Of a DNA stretch of 64,000 bases, positions 40,995-51,022 are shown piece after piece. The stretch's first letter is position 1, and each line of letters begins with the position of its first letter. Where the stretch lies: positions 58,439 to 122,438 of the forward strand of contig JBEKXL010000006.1 of the NCBI GenBank assembly GCA_049512075.1. The letters are read 5' to 3'. A program made the translations under genes and the position numbers. The notes beneath the pieces are model-generated. The model had not been told where the DNA came from, ran no database searches, and saw only the letters and a program-made list of their open reading frames with translations. Source of the stretch: Candidatus Bathyarchaeia archaeon (GTDB lineage Archaea; Thermoproteota; Bathyarchaeia; Bathyarchaeales; Bathycorpusculaceae).

Positions 40995-42116
40995 TCAGAT
41001 GCGGTTAGGCGTTAATACACTTTTGGAAACTTCGTTTGCTGGACAGACTGATATTCCCTCGGCGAGGGACACGTCGTCTTTTATTTTGGCGTGGTCGCCG
41101 ATTACGCAGCCTTTCTCGATTTTGGCCCTTTCTCCAACTGTCACGCCTTCGCCGATTATTGCGCCGTTTATCGAGGAAAAGTCCGATATGACCGATCCTT
41201 CGAAGATGATTGAATCTTGTATGTGCACGCCTTTTCCGATGATGACATCTTTGCCCACCACTGTGTAGGGTCCTAGGGCAGATTCTTGTCCTATGCGGAC
41301 GTTTTTGTCGATGGCCACGGGCTTCTTGATCACTATGTTCCTGCCCAGCTTGCTTTTCTGTCGGTCTGGGGCTGAGGTGAGCATTTTTCGGTTGATTTCC
41401 ATGTAGTCTTCGGGTTTGCCGATGTCCATCCACAATCCGTTGAAGACGTGTCCGTAAAGTGCGCCTTCTTCTGCAAGTTTCGGGAAGATCTCGTGTTCAA
41501 TGGAAACAGCGCGTCCTTCTGGAATATAGTTAAAGATTTCAGGGCTGAAAACGTACACTCCAGCGTTTATCAAGTTTGTCGGGGCGGTTCCAGGCGGAGG
41601 CTTTTCAATAAACCTTACTATGCGATTGTCTTCGGCCAATTCGACAACCCCGTATCTGCTCGGATTCTCCACACTGCGAACGGCTATAGTTGCCACCGCT
41701 TTCTTCTCTTGGTGAGCTTCCAATAGTTCGGCGTAGTTCACGTCTGCAAATATGTCTCCGTTCAACACTATGAACGGTCCGCTGTGTCCAATTCGCTTTT
41801 CAGCCCTCTTTATTGAGCCACCAGTTCCCAAAGGCTTTCTCAAAGGGTCGTGTGAATACGTGACATGCACTCCGGATCTTGGGACTCGGTGATGTTTTAT
41901 GTAGACCTCGGTTTGGTAAAAGACAGCCATTATGGCATCTTCTATTTTGCTGCGTGCAAGTCTTTCGAAAGTCCACTGCAACAGGGGTTTGTTGACCACT
42001 GGAAAGAGTATCTTGGGTCTTGTGCAGCTTAGTGGCCTTAGCCTTGTGCCAAAGCCCCCTGCCAGAATCACTGCTTTCAGAGTTTTCACCGCCTTGGACT
42101 GTAGGTTTATATTCAA
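40995..42116 (-). CDS. NDP-sugar synthase (nucleotidyltransferase with hexapeptide repeats)
   Basis: LAGGFGTRLRPLS, EKP and WMDIG. Confidence 0.92.
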   Translation of the reverse strand: MNINLQSKAVKTLKAVILAGGFGTRLRPLSCTRPKILFPVVNKPLLQWTFERLARSKIEDAIMAVFYQTEVYIKHHRVPRSGVHVTYSHDPLRKPLGTGGSIKRAEKRIGHSGPFIVLNGDIFADVNYAELLEAHQEKKAVATIAVRSVENPSRYGVVELAEDNRIVRFIEKPPPGTAPTNLINAGVYVFSPEIFNYIPEGRAVSIEHEIFPKLAEEGALYGHVFNGLWMDIGKPEDYMEINRKMLTSAPDRQKSKLGRNIVIKKPVAIDKNVRIGQESALGPYTVVGKDVIIGKGVHIQDSIIFEGSVISDFSSINGAIIGEGVTVGERAKIEKGCVIGDHAKIKDDVSLAEGISVCPANEVSKSVLTPNRI

Positions 42117-42157
42117 TGTGCTTGCAATAAAACAGTTTGGTGAAGGAGAGTCTAGTT

Positions 42158-42916
42158 ATGAAGGTTCTGCTTCATGAAATGAGCTGGCCAGAAGCTAAAG
42201 AGTACTTCGCAAAGAATGACATTGCAATCCTCCCTGTGGGTGCAAACGAGCAGCACGGACCAGCGAACCCGTTGGGAACAGATCACCTAATCGCCAAGAG
42301 CATCGCTGAGGAAACTGCGAAACGAACAGGAGTGCTGTGTCTGCAGGTCATCCCGTTCGGCGTGAGCTCGCATCATAAACAGTTTTGGGGGACCATCTTC
42401 ATTTCTCCTAAGGCATTCAAGGAGTACGTTAAAGAAACGTGTTTGTCCCTTAACTACTACGGTGTGCGAAAAATCGTGGTGGTTAATGGCCACGGAGGCA
42501 ACTTGGCCGCACTCGCGGATTTGGCCAGAGAATTCAAGGAGGACGGTGTTTTCATGTCCGTTTTCCAGTGGTGGCCTGCCGTGGCGAAGCTTCTGCCCGA
42601 CCTTTTTACGTATGAAGAGAGGAGGCATGCTGGCGCTGAAGAGACATCGGTGAATTTGGCCTTGCATCCGAACCTTGTTAACATGAGTGAAGCATTGGAT
42701 GAGGAACCTCGCAGGCACGCAGTGCAAATAGAAGGCATGACGCTGCCATTGAGCACAGTGGACGAAACAAGTTCAGGCGTCTACGGAAGGCAGTCAACCG
42801 CTTCAGCCGAAAAGGGAAGAAAAGTTCTCGAAGCCGTCATAAACGAACTAGTCAGACATGTTAATATGCTTAAGAAAGCAAAAATTGATGATTTGATGCA
42901 GAAGCCGAAGGTCTAG
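42158..42916 (+). CDS. creatininase family protein
   Basis: EQHGP..PLGTD, NGHGGN and HAGAEETS. Confidence 0.92.
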   Translation: MKVLLHEMSWPEAKEYFAKNDIAILPVGANEQHGPANPLGTDHLIAKSIAEETAKRTGVLCLQVIPFGVSSHHKQFWGTIFISPKAFKEYVKETCLSLNYYGVRKIVVVNGHGGNLAALADLAREFKEDGVFMSVFQWWPAVAKLLPDLFTYEERRHAGAEETSVNLALHPNLVNMSEALDEEPRRHAVQIEGMTLPLSTVDETSSGVYGRQSTASAEKGRKVLEAVINELVRHVNMLKKAKIDDLMQKPKV

Positions 42917-43244
42917 CTGCAGATCTTCCTACAGACCGTCGGCCAAGAATGCAAAAACCTCTGTCTCTCCCATGAAGTTACGCCATTCCTATCAACCGAC
43001 ACCTGCAGCTTTGCATTCTTTTCAACACTCACATCTTGAAGTCGGCGTATTACCCCCTTCCAGCCCTCTTCCACTTTCTCGTGCAGAACGCCAACATGCA
43101 ATATAGTGTTGACAACCACAAGAGAGGGCTTTCGCACAGTCTAGCCGGCATGGCTAGATACCTCGTTTTTCCTTTAGCTTGCCGGAGAATAGATAAGATT
43201 TAATTTAGGCCGTAAATTAGAAGATAGAACGATTGGCCTTCAAA

Positions 43245-43329
43245 GCGGGGGTTGCCAAGCATGGTCAAAGGCGTAGGCCTGAGGCGCCTATCCTGTAGGG
43301 GTTCGTGGGTTCAAATCCCACCCCCCGCA
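43245..43329 (+). tRNA. tRNA-Leu(GAG), integration target
   Basis: GCGGGGG/CCCCCGC acceptor stem, TAGGC-CT-GAG-GC-GCCTA anticodon arm, long variable arm; no encoded CCA. Confidence 0.96.
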
Positions 43330-43653
43330 TTCTAATTTAGGCTTATTCTGAGCTTGATTAGCCGAAATAAATTCACTTTAGGACTTTAGTGTGCGGGGGC
43401 TAACAATTGAACACATGTTTACCGGTAAAATACTAAGGTTATCCCACATTTTATTGACGAGAATTTATAGCAGTCTCCATGCGACTCTGATTGTACGCAC
43501 ACTGGAGACCGAGTAACTCAATTTTGCAGTGTTTCAGAGAAGAAGCACACACTATATATGAGCGAGTCCGCTAGGATTAGACCCCAAACGGGGTCGAGTC
43601 CAGCAGCCAGATCATGCTAACCAAGTCCATAATTCAGGGCGGCGCTTTCCTCG

Positions 43654-44016
43654 TCAAAGGAGACCTGCTATCTGTGTGGCTAAAAAACTCGCCACCTCGG
43701 AGACCCTAAAGGGCCATGCATATGTTATCGGAATTTCAGGGTGTTGTGCTTGCGCGGTTTTTACAGCAGCAGGGATGTCCACTTCGGCGTGCTCACCCCC
43801 GCGTGTCATCATCGGCGTTACCACAATGACTTTCTCGGCTCCCCGTGCTATGGCATGGCTGACTGCATCGTCCACACTGGGAGCACAGAATTCGTTGAAT
43901 CCCACGATCACCTCACACCCAGTCGCCTCACTCAGGTGTGCTCCCAGCTCTTGAGACCCAGCATAGAAGGGATCGTTTTGGGCTGTACGCGTCCACCCGC
44001 GCATTTTAGCATCGAG
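43654..44016 (-). pseudogene. 5'-truncated CbiX/SirB-like chelatase
   Basis: GFNEFCAPS and MMTRGGEHAEVDIP present; N-terminal HG motif absent; ends against AGCGCGCGCGCT. Confidence 0.7.
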
Positions 44017-44084
44017 CGCGCGCGCTGAACAACAGCCATGGCCTTTGACATGATATCAGAGAAATCACCCTGAACACGTATGGC

Positions 44085-44351
44085 TTGGCTAACGTTTGGG
44101 ATGACGGGATCAGGGGTAACTACTGGAGCGACTATCTGACGCAGTATCCGAACGCCGCTGAAATAGACAGCTCAGGCGTCTGGAACACACCTTATGTCAT
44201 CGACACGAACAATACTGACCATTATCCGCTTATGGTTCAATATGTAATTCCAGAGTTTCCATCGATTCAAGCTACGATGTTTTTCATATTATTAACACTA
44301 CTAACAGTCATAATCTACAAAAAGAAAGGCGTGAAAACAAGCCAAAGTTAG
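44085..44351 (+). pseudogene. C-terminal fragment of a NosD-like surface protein with PEF-type sorting signal
   Basis: GNYWSDY...DHYPL followed by IPEF + TM + KKK; no signal peptide or N-terminal region. Confidence 0.75.
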
Positions 44352-44426
44352 ACAGAACAGAGAAAACGCAATAACCAACCATTCTCCTACGTGCGGCTAT
44401 GAATTATAGTCAAAACATAGCGATTT

Positions 44427-44440
44427 TGGTAGCCCGGGAG
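44427..44440 (-). repeat. tRNA(Gln)-like 3' end fragment CTCCCGGGCTACCA
   Basis: Acceptor 3' strand + discriminator + CCA; related to 49562-49587 and 58683-58711. Confidence 0.55.
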
Positions 44441-44759
44441 TTACCGTTCCCAGACTGTAATTTATACCGGAATTCCACCTTTTTTCCTTAGATTGTAGGT
44501 CGCTGGTATCTATACCTAATTAGGTTCAGATACAGTCGCGCGCGCTGAGAAATTGGGGAGTCGTTTCCACAAGCGCGCGCTCAGAACTGTGAATTTCAAT
44601 TCCTATTTCAGATTCATCAAAAAAAATCCAGCGCGCGCTTTACACGCAATGACCCGCTTCTTGACAAGGCTTATTGATTGAAGCTTCCATTTGTGGAGCG
44701 CATCTACGAAACGAGAACGTTTAAGAGTTGAATAGTTCATACGTAACTTTTGAACTCTC

Positions 44760-45929
44760 ATGAGGTTGAAGGGTCTACCGCTCAATCTAGACATGTATAA
44801 AACTTCTGAGACGCTGACGAACAAGCATTTCAAAGAATTTAAGATGCCTGAATTTGAAGTGGTTTACCTTCCCGAAAGCATGAGACCTTTCATGATCCTC
44901 AACCCCTTAGACACGAAAGAGTTCATCGTAGACGACAACAGAGGAGCAGTTGCCGCTTTACCCTCCTTGAAATTGGACGGCACTGATTTTTACCTTTCAG
45001 TTAAGGGCGTAGGTTCAACAGCAAATCCCTTCTCTCATCAGCTTCTAGGGAAAGCAGAGATTTGCAGCCTGCTGAAAGATACCCAACTGAAAGATAGAAT
45101 CATAAACTCTGAGGAAAAGATTCCGCGATACCTCACAGGGGAATTATGGCTAAGAGGCTCCCCATATGGAGGACAGGGACTTGAGCACGCGTCTACTTCG
45201 ATGAAAATCTCAGAAATGGCTGACCTTACCTCCATTCATGGATTTCGAGTCGCGCCTCTTGTCAAAATAGTTTTCATTCCTAAAGATGTTGAGAACGAAA
45301 TCAAAGAAATATATTGGTACCGCAGGTTTGCTGGAAGGATTGTTCAGGAAACAAGAATTGTTCCTTCCAATGTGAGGATTTATTTTCATTCCAAAACCAC
45401 AATCGGCGGGAACATAAGCGCAATCTTCAACTTCTTCGGAATAGATGAAAATGACAAAGCATTACAGTTTTTGAAAAACTTCATCAAAAGCGGGCTTGCA
45501 TTCCTAACGTTGTTCACTAGATCAATAAAGAGCAATGAGGATGGAACTTTCAGTGGGCTAGATTTCTATGATGTCTGGCTGGACAAAGATGCAGTGCTCG
45601 CTCCTGACGGAACCATTTACTTTGTAGATCTTGAAGGCTTGGAATGGATAACTGTTCACGAAAAAAAAGTCCATGAAAAGATAGACGATCAAATATACAG
45701 GTCACTCTACGAATTCATGTTTGCCTACGAACAGATAGAACGAGAACGATCTAGAAGGTTCGGGCAAGTTACAGACAGGAAAACTCATTTTGAATGTCTT
45801 CTTAGGGAGGCTCTCAAAGACGATGAAGTTGTCGATCTCGCGCGTGAGGGACATAGTCTAATGCTTGTTGTAGGTAACATTCTGGGAGAGCAAGGCTTAA
45901 TTAAGAAATTTCCAATCATTGACTGGTAG
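44760..45929 (+). CDS. hypothetical protein, probable atypical kinase-like/SelO-like fold
   Basis: SVKGVG and D...D...YFVDLE motifs; family assignment is inference. Confidence 0.6.
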   Translation: MRLKGLPLNLDMYKTSETLTNKHFKEFKMPEFEVVYLPESMRPFMILNPLDTKEFIVDDNRGAVAALPSLKLDGTDFYLSVKGVGSTANPFSHQLLGKAEICSLLKDTQLKDRIINSEEKIPRYLTGELWLRGSPYGGQGLEHASTSMKISEMADLTSIHGFRVAPLVKIVFIPKDVENEIKEIYWYRRFAGRIVQETRIVPSNVRIYFHSKTTIGGNISAIFNFFGIDENDKALQFLKNFIKSGLAFLTLFTRSIKSNEDGTFSGLDFYDVWLDKDAVLAPDGTIYFVDLEGLEWITVHEKKVHEKIDDQIYRSLYEFMFAYEQIERERSRRFGQVTDRKTHFECLLREALKDDEVVDLAREGHSLMLVVGNILGEQGLIKKFPIIDW

Positions 45930-45934
45930 TAAAA

Positions 45935-47491
45935 ATGCAGTGCAACACCGCAAGAACATTCTTTTCTCAAATAGCTGGAAAGCAAGTTTCAATGCAAGTT
46001 TCACAAAGCGACTTGGATTTTCTTGCCACTAACGACTACGTCTCGGTCATTCAGAAAGACCAGTACGATCAGGCTCTGGCTGAACTCTCAAACCTGTCAA
46101 AAATGACCGAAGATCTACACGATGAAACTGTGGAGGAAATGACCGCGGAGGCCACTCTGACAAAAGAAGAAAGAAAAATCCATTCAATCCTGTTTCATCT
46201 TGAAGGAAAGGAGAAGAAAGAAGCCGAAATGCAAAACGTTGAAGCTGAAAGGAGCGTTGTCTCCAAAGAAAAAGCTGACATTGCAGAAGAAGACTCCAGA
46301 ATAAATGAGCTTCTTAAGAAAAAATCCATGATTGACAGGATGGTTCCATACAACGGGCTGTATCTGTCGCTTACTGGCCTCGGGGTAATGACGCTGAACG
46401 ATCTCAACGTCAGAAATTACAGGGTCTCTGAAACTGAGTTTTCAGACTTCATTCAGGAGCGCTTGGCTACTTATACAGAACTGCGATCTATAGCAGACAA
46501 GGGTAGCTTTTACGTATCCGCTCTTAAGATCGATTTTCCTGGCGCAGATCTCTCTCAATTGTGGTGTGTTTCAATAGGATTGGGGAAGCTTCAGGGCGAC
46601 CCAAATCAGATTAACCAGAGATTTCTCCTTTCACTCGGCATCGTTCAGCATTTCAAATCTAACCTTGAAAACAAGATGATGGCAGCGGAAGTCATGACTG
46701 CTTCTAAGGTGAACCCTTCTCAGGTGCCTACAAACTCTGATCTTCAAAACTTGGCAGAGACCCTGCGGAGTCTTGAAAAAAAAGTCAGGCGTGACGCTCA
46801 CGTTCCCAAAGAGCTTTCGGTTGGTGTTGCCGCTACTATTTTGTTTGCGAGAAGATATGACGGCACATATCCCATTGACAACCTTGTAGAATTCTCAAAG
46901 AGAACCCTTTCATGTGAAGCAGCCGTAATACTGTCTGTAATCAACGCGCCGTTAGAGGAAATTGGTGGCAAATTCCAACAGTTCAAATCACTGTTCAGTT
47001 CTTGGGGATATGAGGAATCAGAGGATACTGAAATCGCCTCAGCCTTCTTGGCAATTTCTGATTTGGCGCGAGATGAAGTGAAAGATAAGATGACCATAAT
47101 CCTAGATGCCCTTAAGAATTACTTGGAATATCCGCTCGTAGCCACTGCAATTCTCACTTCGATACCGACGCTTGAAGCTAATGAAACTCTTGACCTGATG
47201 GAAAAAGCTTCTGCCATGCTTGGAACTTTCGCGCCCAGCCTAGAACGTTCTGAACTGATAAGCCTCTCAGTCAGAATGATTCACGGAATCAAGAACGAAC
47301 TTGTAAAAGAACTTGATCCAACTGCGAAAATTGCAGAAACTCCTGTCCAGTTCACGTATGTCCCGTCAATAGTCTTCTTCAGGTACCATACGCCCTTGAT
47401 TATCGCACATTCATCATACCATTCTACGTTCAGCGCGCTTGGCGGTGCTCACCCTGCTCACGTGCACGGTGTTGGAGGTTTCACGGGTTGA
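45935..47491 (+). CDS. hypothetical coiled-coil/helical protein with His/Gly-rich tail
   Basis: 518-aa ORF tightly coupled to both neighbours. Confidence 0.75.
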   Translation: MQCNTARTFFSQIAGKQVSMQVSQSDLDFLATNDYVSVIQKDQYDQALAELSNLSKMTEDLHDETVEEMTAEATLTKEERKIHSILFHLEGKEKKEAEMQNVEAERSVVSKEKADIAEEDSRINELLKKKSMIDRMVPYNGLYLSLTGLGVMTLNDLNVRNYRVSETEFSDFIQERLATYTELRSIADKGSFYVSALKIDFPGADLSQLWCVSIGLGKLQGDPNQINQRFLLSLGIVQHFKSNLENKMMAAEVMTASKVNPSQVPTNSDLQNLAETLRSLEKKVRRDAHVPKELSVGVAATILFARRYDGTYPIDNLVEFSKRTLSCEAAVILSVINAPLEEIGGKFQQFKSLFSSWGYEESEDTEIASAFLAISDLARDEVKDKMTIILDALKNYLEYPLVATAILTSIPTLEANETLDLMEKASAMLGTFAPSLERSELISLSVRMIHGIKNELVKELDPTAKIAETPVQFTYVPSIVFFRYHTPLIIAHSSYHSTFSALGGAHPAHVHGVGGFTG

Positions 47492-48525
47492 CTTCAAAAT
47501 CGTTTGTTGTTATCGCACTTTTGCTGTCCTTAGCTCTGTTCTCGGTTCAGGCCTTCGCAGCCTATGTTCCTCATCAAGGAGATTATTTCAGTTATTATGA
47601 AGTTCAGAACTTGGGAAGCGGCACCGGCGATTATTCTGGATATACGGAACAGACAATCATTAACGGAACAGGAGCCATCAACGGGGTCACCGCAAACGGA
47701 ACAGTATCTGCCTACTACAGTTACTCGTATGATTTCAGCAACAGTTCAGGCTCAACAGAAACCGGAGGCTCGTCAGGAAATTTCACTTTTTCCTCAAACA
47801 ACTTCCTTTACATTAACGGAACCGACGACCAGACTGGATACGTTAACCCAACTGTCTGGTTCTGCATGGATAACTCGATCCCTGAGGGCGGAACCTTCAC
47901 CCTTCTGAACACCTTGATGACTGTGAAGTCCACGAATTACAGCTATTTCCTTCCCTCACAGAACAGAAGCGTGTACGCGATTTACGCTCAAGGAGAGTCA
48001 AGCTACGAGAGAAACGACGTATACGGACAATTCACTGCCACATACACCTGGGACACGTACTTTGATCCGTCTTCAGGATACATCATAGGGTACGACTATA
48101 CTGAACACGACAGTAACCCTTCAGGAACAGGGTTCACGTACACTGAAAATCTATACATTAATTCAGCCAGCTACCCGCTGACAACAGCTCCCACCGCCAG
48201 CCCTAACGGAAGCTCAGACTTAATGAAGGATGCCCTGTATATTGCAGCGATAGTCATAATCATCGCAATCATCTTAATCATCATCTATGCAGCTTCGAGA
48301 AGAAGGAGAAGACTCCAGAAACACCCGTCCCAACAACCGGTGTACACACCGCCAAGCGAACCTCCCTCGCCACCACCGCCACAAGATATCAATCTGACTC
48401 CAAAACAAGCTCCAGTGCAGCAAATCGTCATCAAGGAGGTAGTGAAAGTAAAGTGTCGTTATTGCGGAGCACTAATAGATTCCACTGCGGAGAAATGTCC
48501 TTTCTGCGGAGCTCCTAGAAGTTAG
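47488..48525 (+). CDS. membrane-anchored protein with Pro-rich linker and C-terminal zinc ribbon
   Basis: Signal peptide, Y/T/S/G-rich ectodomain, TM + RRRRR, CRYCG...CPFCG. Confidence 0.8.
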   Translation: MTSKSFVVIALLLSLALFSVQAFAAYVPHQGDYFSYYEVQNLGSGTGDYSGYTEQTIINGTGAINGVTANGTVSAYYSYSYDFSNSSGSTETGGSSGNFTFSSNNFLYINGTDDQTGYVNPTVWFCMDNSIPEGGTFTLLNTLMTVKSTNYSYFLPSQNRSVYAIYAQGESSYERNDVYGQFTATYTWDTYFDPSSGYIIGYDYTEHDSNPSGTGFTYTENLYINSASYPLTTAPTASPNGSSDLMKDALYIAAIVIIIAIILIIIYAASRRRRRLQKHPSQQPVYTPPSEPPSPPPPQDINLTPKQAPVQQIVIKEVVKVKCRYCGALIDSTAEKCPFCGAPRS

Positions 48526-48534
48526 ACACATCTG

Positions 48535-49347
48535 CTAGCTCTTCACTGGCTCCTTCCTTGCCAGATTCTTCTTGAAATATTGAAAAACCTGCCCAGACAC
48601 CCTCATTTGAGCCTTCAGTGCAATTCTTGAAGATGAAGGATTATAACGAGAAATCTCTGAAAATGCTGAACGTGCATGCTTTGACTTCAGCCATAGAAGT
48701 CGCGCATAAAGGATGTCTTCACCTATGCCTAACCTCCTGAACTGAGGTTTCACAAAAAGAGAGTGTATCCTTCCGATACTCTTAACAAATGAAACCCATC
48801 CTAAACCAGCAATCTCGCTGCCCAACCTGACAACAAAGCATTTGTCTCCATTCTTTAGGGCGATTTTTACCCATCTCCTGTTCATTCCAGCGTGCGCCAA
48901 AGCCATGAATCGCTCTATCTCACCTATTTGCCCCTCATCCGCCATGGAGATTTCATGGCTGAACCTGTGAACAATGTCATGATTCTCCAAGTCTATAGTG
49001 TAAATGTCATAAATCTCACTTTCAAACTCAGTTGTCAACTCCGCGAAGAGAAAATTAAACGGCTTCAATCCATAAAAGTAGTCAAACACTTCCCTCGATC
49101 TCGTGTAAACCGTTCCAGCCTTCTCAAAGTCGTCGTAAATGAATATGCCTGAAACATTATCTTCAGAAGTCCTAGATACGTAAGCCTCACCCCCTATTTC
49201 GAGAACCTCCCTGATGAAATATTGAAGATAAGGTTCAAAGAACGAGAAGCCATCTGGAAAAACAAAGTCGATATCAAATGCACTCGATAATTCGGAGACT
49301 TCCATTTCTTTCGATCCGCTCATGTTTGCAGATATAAAGTATCTCAA
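48535..49347 (-). CDS. GNAT family acetyltransferase
   Basis: LFVKPQFRRLGIG acetyl-CoA motif. Confidence 0.85.
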   Translation of the reverse strand: MRYFISANMSGSKEMEVSELSSAFDIDFVFPDGFSFFEPYLQYFIREVLEIGGEAYVSRTSEDNVSGIFIYDDFEKAGTVYTRSREVFDYFYGLKPFNFLFAELTTEFESEIYDIYTIDLENHDIVHRFSHEISMADEGQIGEIERFMALAHAGMNRRWVKIALKNGDKCFVVRLGSEIAGLGWVSFVKSIGRIHSLFVKPQFRRLGIGEDILYARLLWLKSKHARSAFSEISRYNPSSSRIALKAQMRVSGQVFQYFKKNLARKEPVKS

Positions 49348-49561
49348 TCTGATAAACTTGAGTTTTCATCGCATTCAAGCGCGCGCTCTATGAAGCTTTG
49401 AGTTTTTCTGAATAGCAAAAGCGCGCTAGACTGGGGAATAGTAGAGTGTATGCCGTTAGCGTCGGGTCGTATATGAATAGGGTGCGTCTGCACTCTCACA
49501 GTGCAATTAACCCTCATTTATACTTGATTTGCGAAGCCAAAATACATATTCTGGAGTTTGT

Positions 49562-49587
49562 TAGCCTGGGAGAGATTCGAACTCTCG
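49562..49587 (-). repeat. tRNA-like T-arm + acceptor fragment (CGAGAGTTCGAATCTCTCCCAGGCTA)
   Basis: Core GAGAGATTCGAACTCTCG identical at 58694-58711 and 61955-61972. Confidence 0.75.
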
Positions 49588-49747
49588 CACACATGCGGTT
49601 CTTGGAGGGAGGCGGACTTGAACCCGTTTGGGTATGGGGATGGGCGGCCCAATTATTCCTGAAGGTTGATAGTGGATGTTGAAGGCGAAAAGTCCAAGTA
49701 ATTCTACATACTTATTATGGCTTTGTATTTCCAAGGACGTAGAAATT

Positions 49748-50062
49748 ATGGGCAGGAAAAAGGTAACGATGTCACTTGGCACAAAGTGCCTTCAACTAAT
49801 CGACCACTACGCAGCAACAACTGGATTTGAGTCCAGAAGCAGAGTTATGGAAGAAGCAGTTTTCGCAGTTACCGAGCTTTTGGGTCATAGACGTATGTTT
49901 GCTCAGAAGGCTCAACAGTTGAAAGAAAATCCTTCTAAAGAGGAGATAATGAGAAGTCTTCTCTACATAGGTGACATCCTCTCGAAGTATGGTGCAGTTT
50001 TGGATAGATTCGAAAGATTCGCCGATGTTCCACTCACAGAGACAGTCGCGGGCAAGAAATAG
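49748..50062 (+). CDS. ribbon-helix-helix (CopG-like) protein
   Basis: KKVTMSL...IDHYA...SRSRVMEEAV; start set at MGRKK. Confidence 0.7.
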   Translation: MGRKKVTMSLGTKCLQLIDHYAATTGFESRSRVMEEAVFAVTELLGHRRMFAQKAQQLKENPSKEEIMRSLLYIGDILSKYGAVLDRFERFADVPLTETVAGKK

Positions 50063-50183
50063 AGTGCGCGCTATACAAAATAATAACGTCAACGTGAAGC
50101 GTCAGCCGAGCTGCTTTTTTCCAGCTTACAGTTCAGTCTGAACTTGTCGGCAGCTTTTCCGCGGCAAATCCAGGAGCGCGCGC

Positions 50184-50222
50184 CTACTTCTTCTTTCCTT
50201 TTTTCTTCTTGCTCTTTGGCAT
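50184..50222 (-). CDS. possible 12-aa Lys-rich micro-peptide MPKSKKKKGKKK
   Basis: ATG...TAG with GAGGT about 10 nt upstream. Confidence 0.3.
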   Translation of the reverse strand: MPKSKKKKGKKK

Positions 50223-50603
50223 CTTGCTCAAACCTCGCTAAGAACAAATAATTATGGTTTTTTGTTTATGAATTTTGTTAAATAGAAATACTGTTTAGCG
50301 CGCTGTTGTATTAAACAGAATTAACCCTTCAGGAGTGACTTTTCTAAAAAAAGAAAAGTATCTGGATTTTTGGCGAGACTTACTTTTTCTTTGCTGGTTC
50401 TTCAAATGTCTCGCAGGCTTTTGCAGCTTTACAATGCGGTCACGCTCTTGCGGAGGAACATAGCGCGCGCGCATAACCTATTTGGCAAAGTTTACGGTAA
50501 TCTTGGCGCGGACTAACTGCAACTGTAGGATGAAGTCTTCCAGTTTCAGCAGGTTCTGAACCCTTTCGGGTTTAGGGACGGGCAGACCTGCCAAAAAAGG
50601 GGT

Positions 50604-50751
50604 TTTACCGGTAAAATAGGGTGGGGGTCCCACCCCCCGCACTCTAATTTCAGGCACACTTCAGGCTTATTTCAGCTAATCAAACTCAATTCATGACGTT
50701 GTGGAAGGCCTGTGCGGGGGTTAAGAATTGAACATCCCTTTGCCGGTAAAA
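50604..50751. repeat. cassette junction repeat (E1/E2)
   Basis: About 148 bp matching 58734-58881 with about 8 mismatches; includes the att core. Confidence 0.92.
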
Positions 50752-51022
50752 ATGCTTGGGTTTCTGCGGCACGGGATAGGTTCGAACGCTCGTTCAAATA
50801 TGCTCGTTTACTACTATTTTAAGGGTGAAAAGCGCGCATGCGTGTTCCTAAATTGGTCTAAAATGGTTTTTATTCGTCTTTCTTAAGTCGAGGGCAGTTT
50901 GGGGTTCATATCTGTCCTTGATTCCTACGAGTACCTGTCTACTCTGAACACAGCAGAAACAACCAAAACGGAATTAAAACCATTTTTAACCATTTTCGGA
51001 ACAGGCATGCGCGCTACATGCC

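Larger units (their letters stand above)
43330..50641. mobile_element. cassette E1: integrase-less element at tRNA-Leu
   Basis: Bounded by TCCCACCCCCCGCA at 43316-43329 and 50628-50641; TTTACCGGTAAA near both ends (43418, 50604). Confidence 0.8.

Noticed and set aside
42913-43137. 74-aa ORF with faint ACT-domain resemblance
   Set aside because: Too weak to call; may be a decayed fragment.
49562-49630. Complete tRNA gene on the minus strand, and a second T-arm-like piece at 49604-49626
   Set aside because: No D arm, anticodon arm or 5' acceptor strand; the second hairpin pairs poorly.
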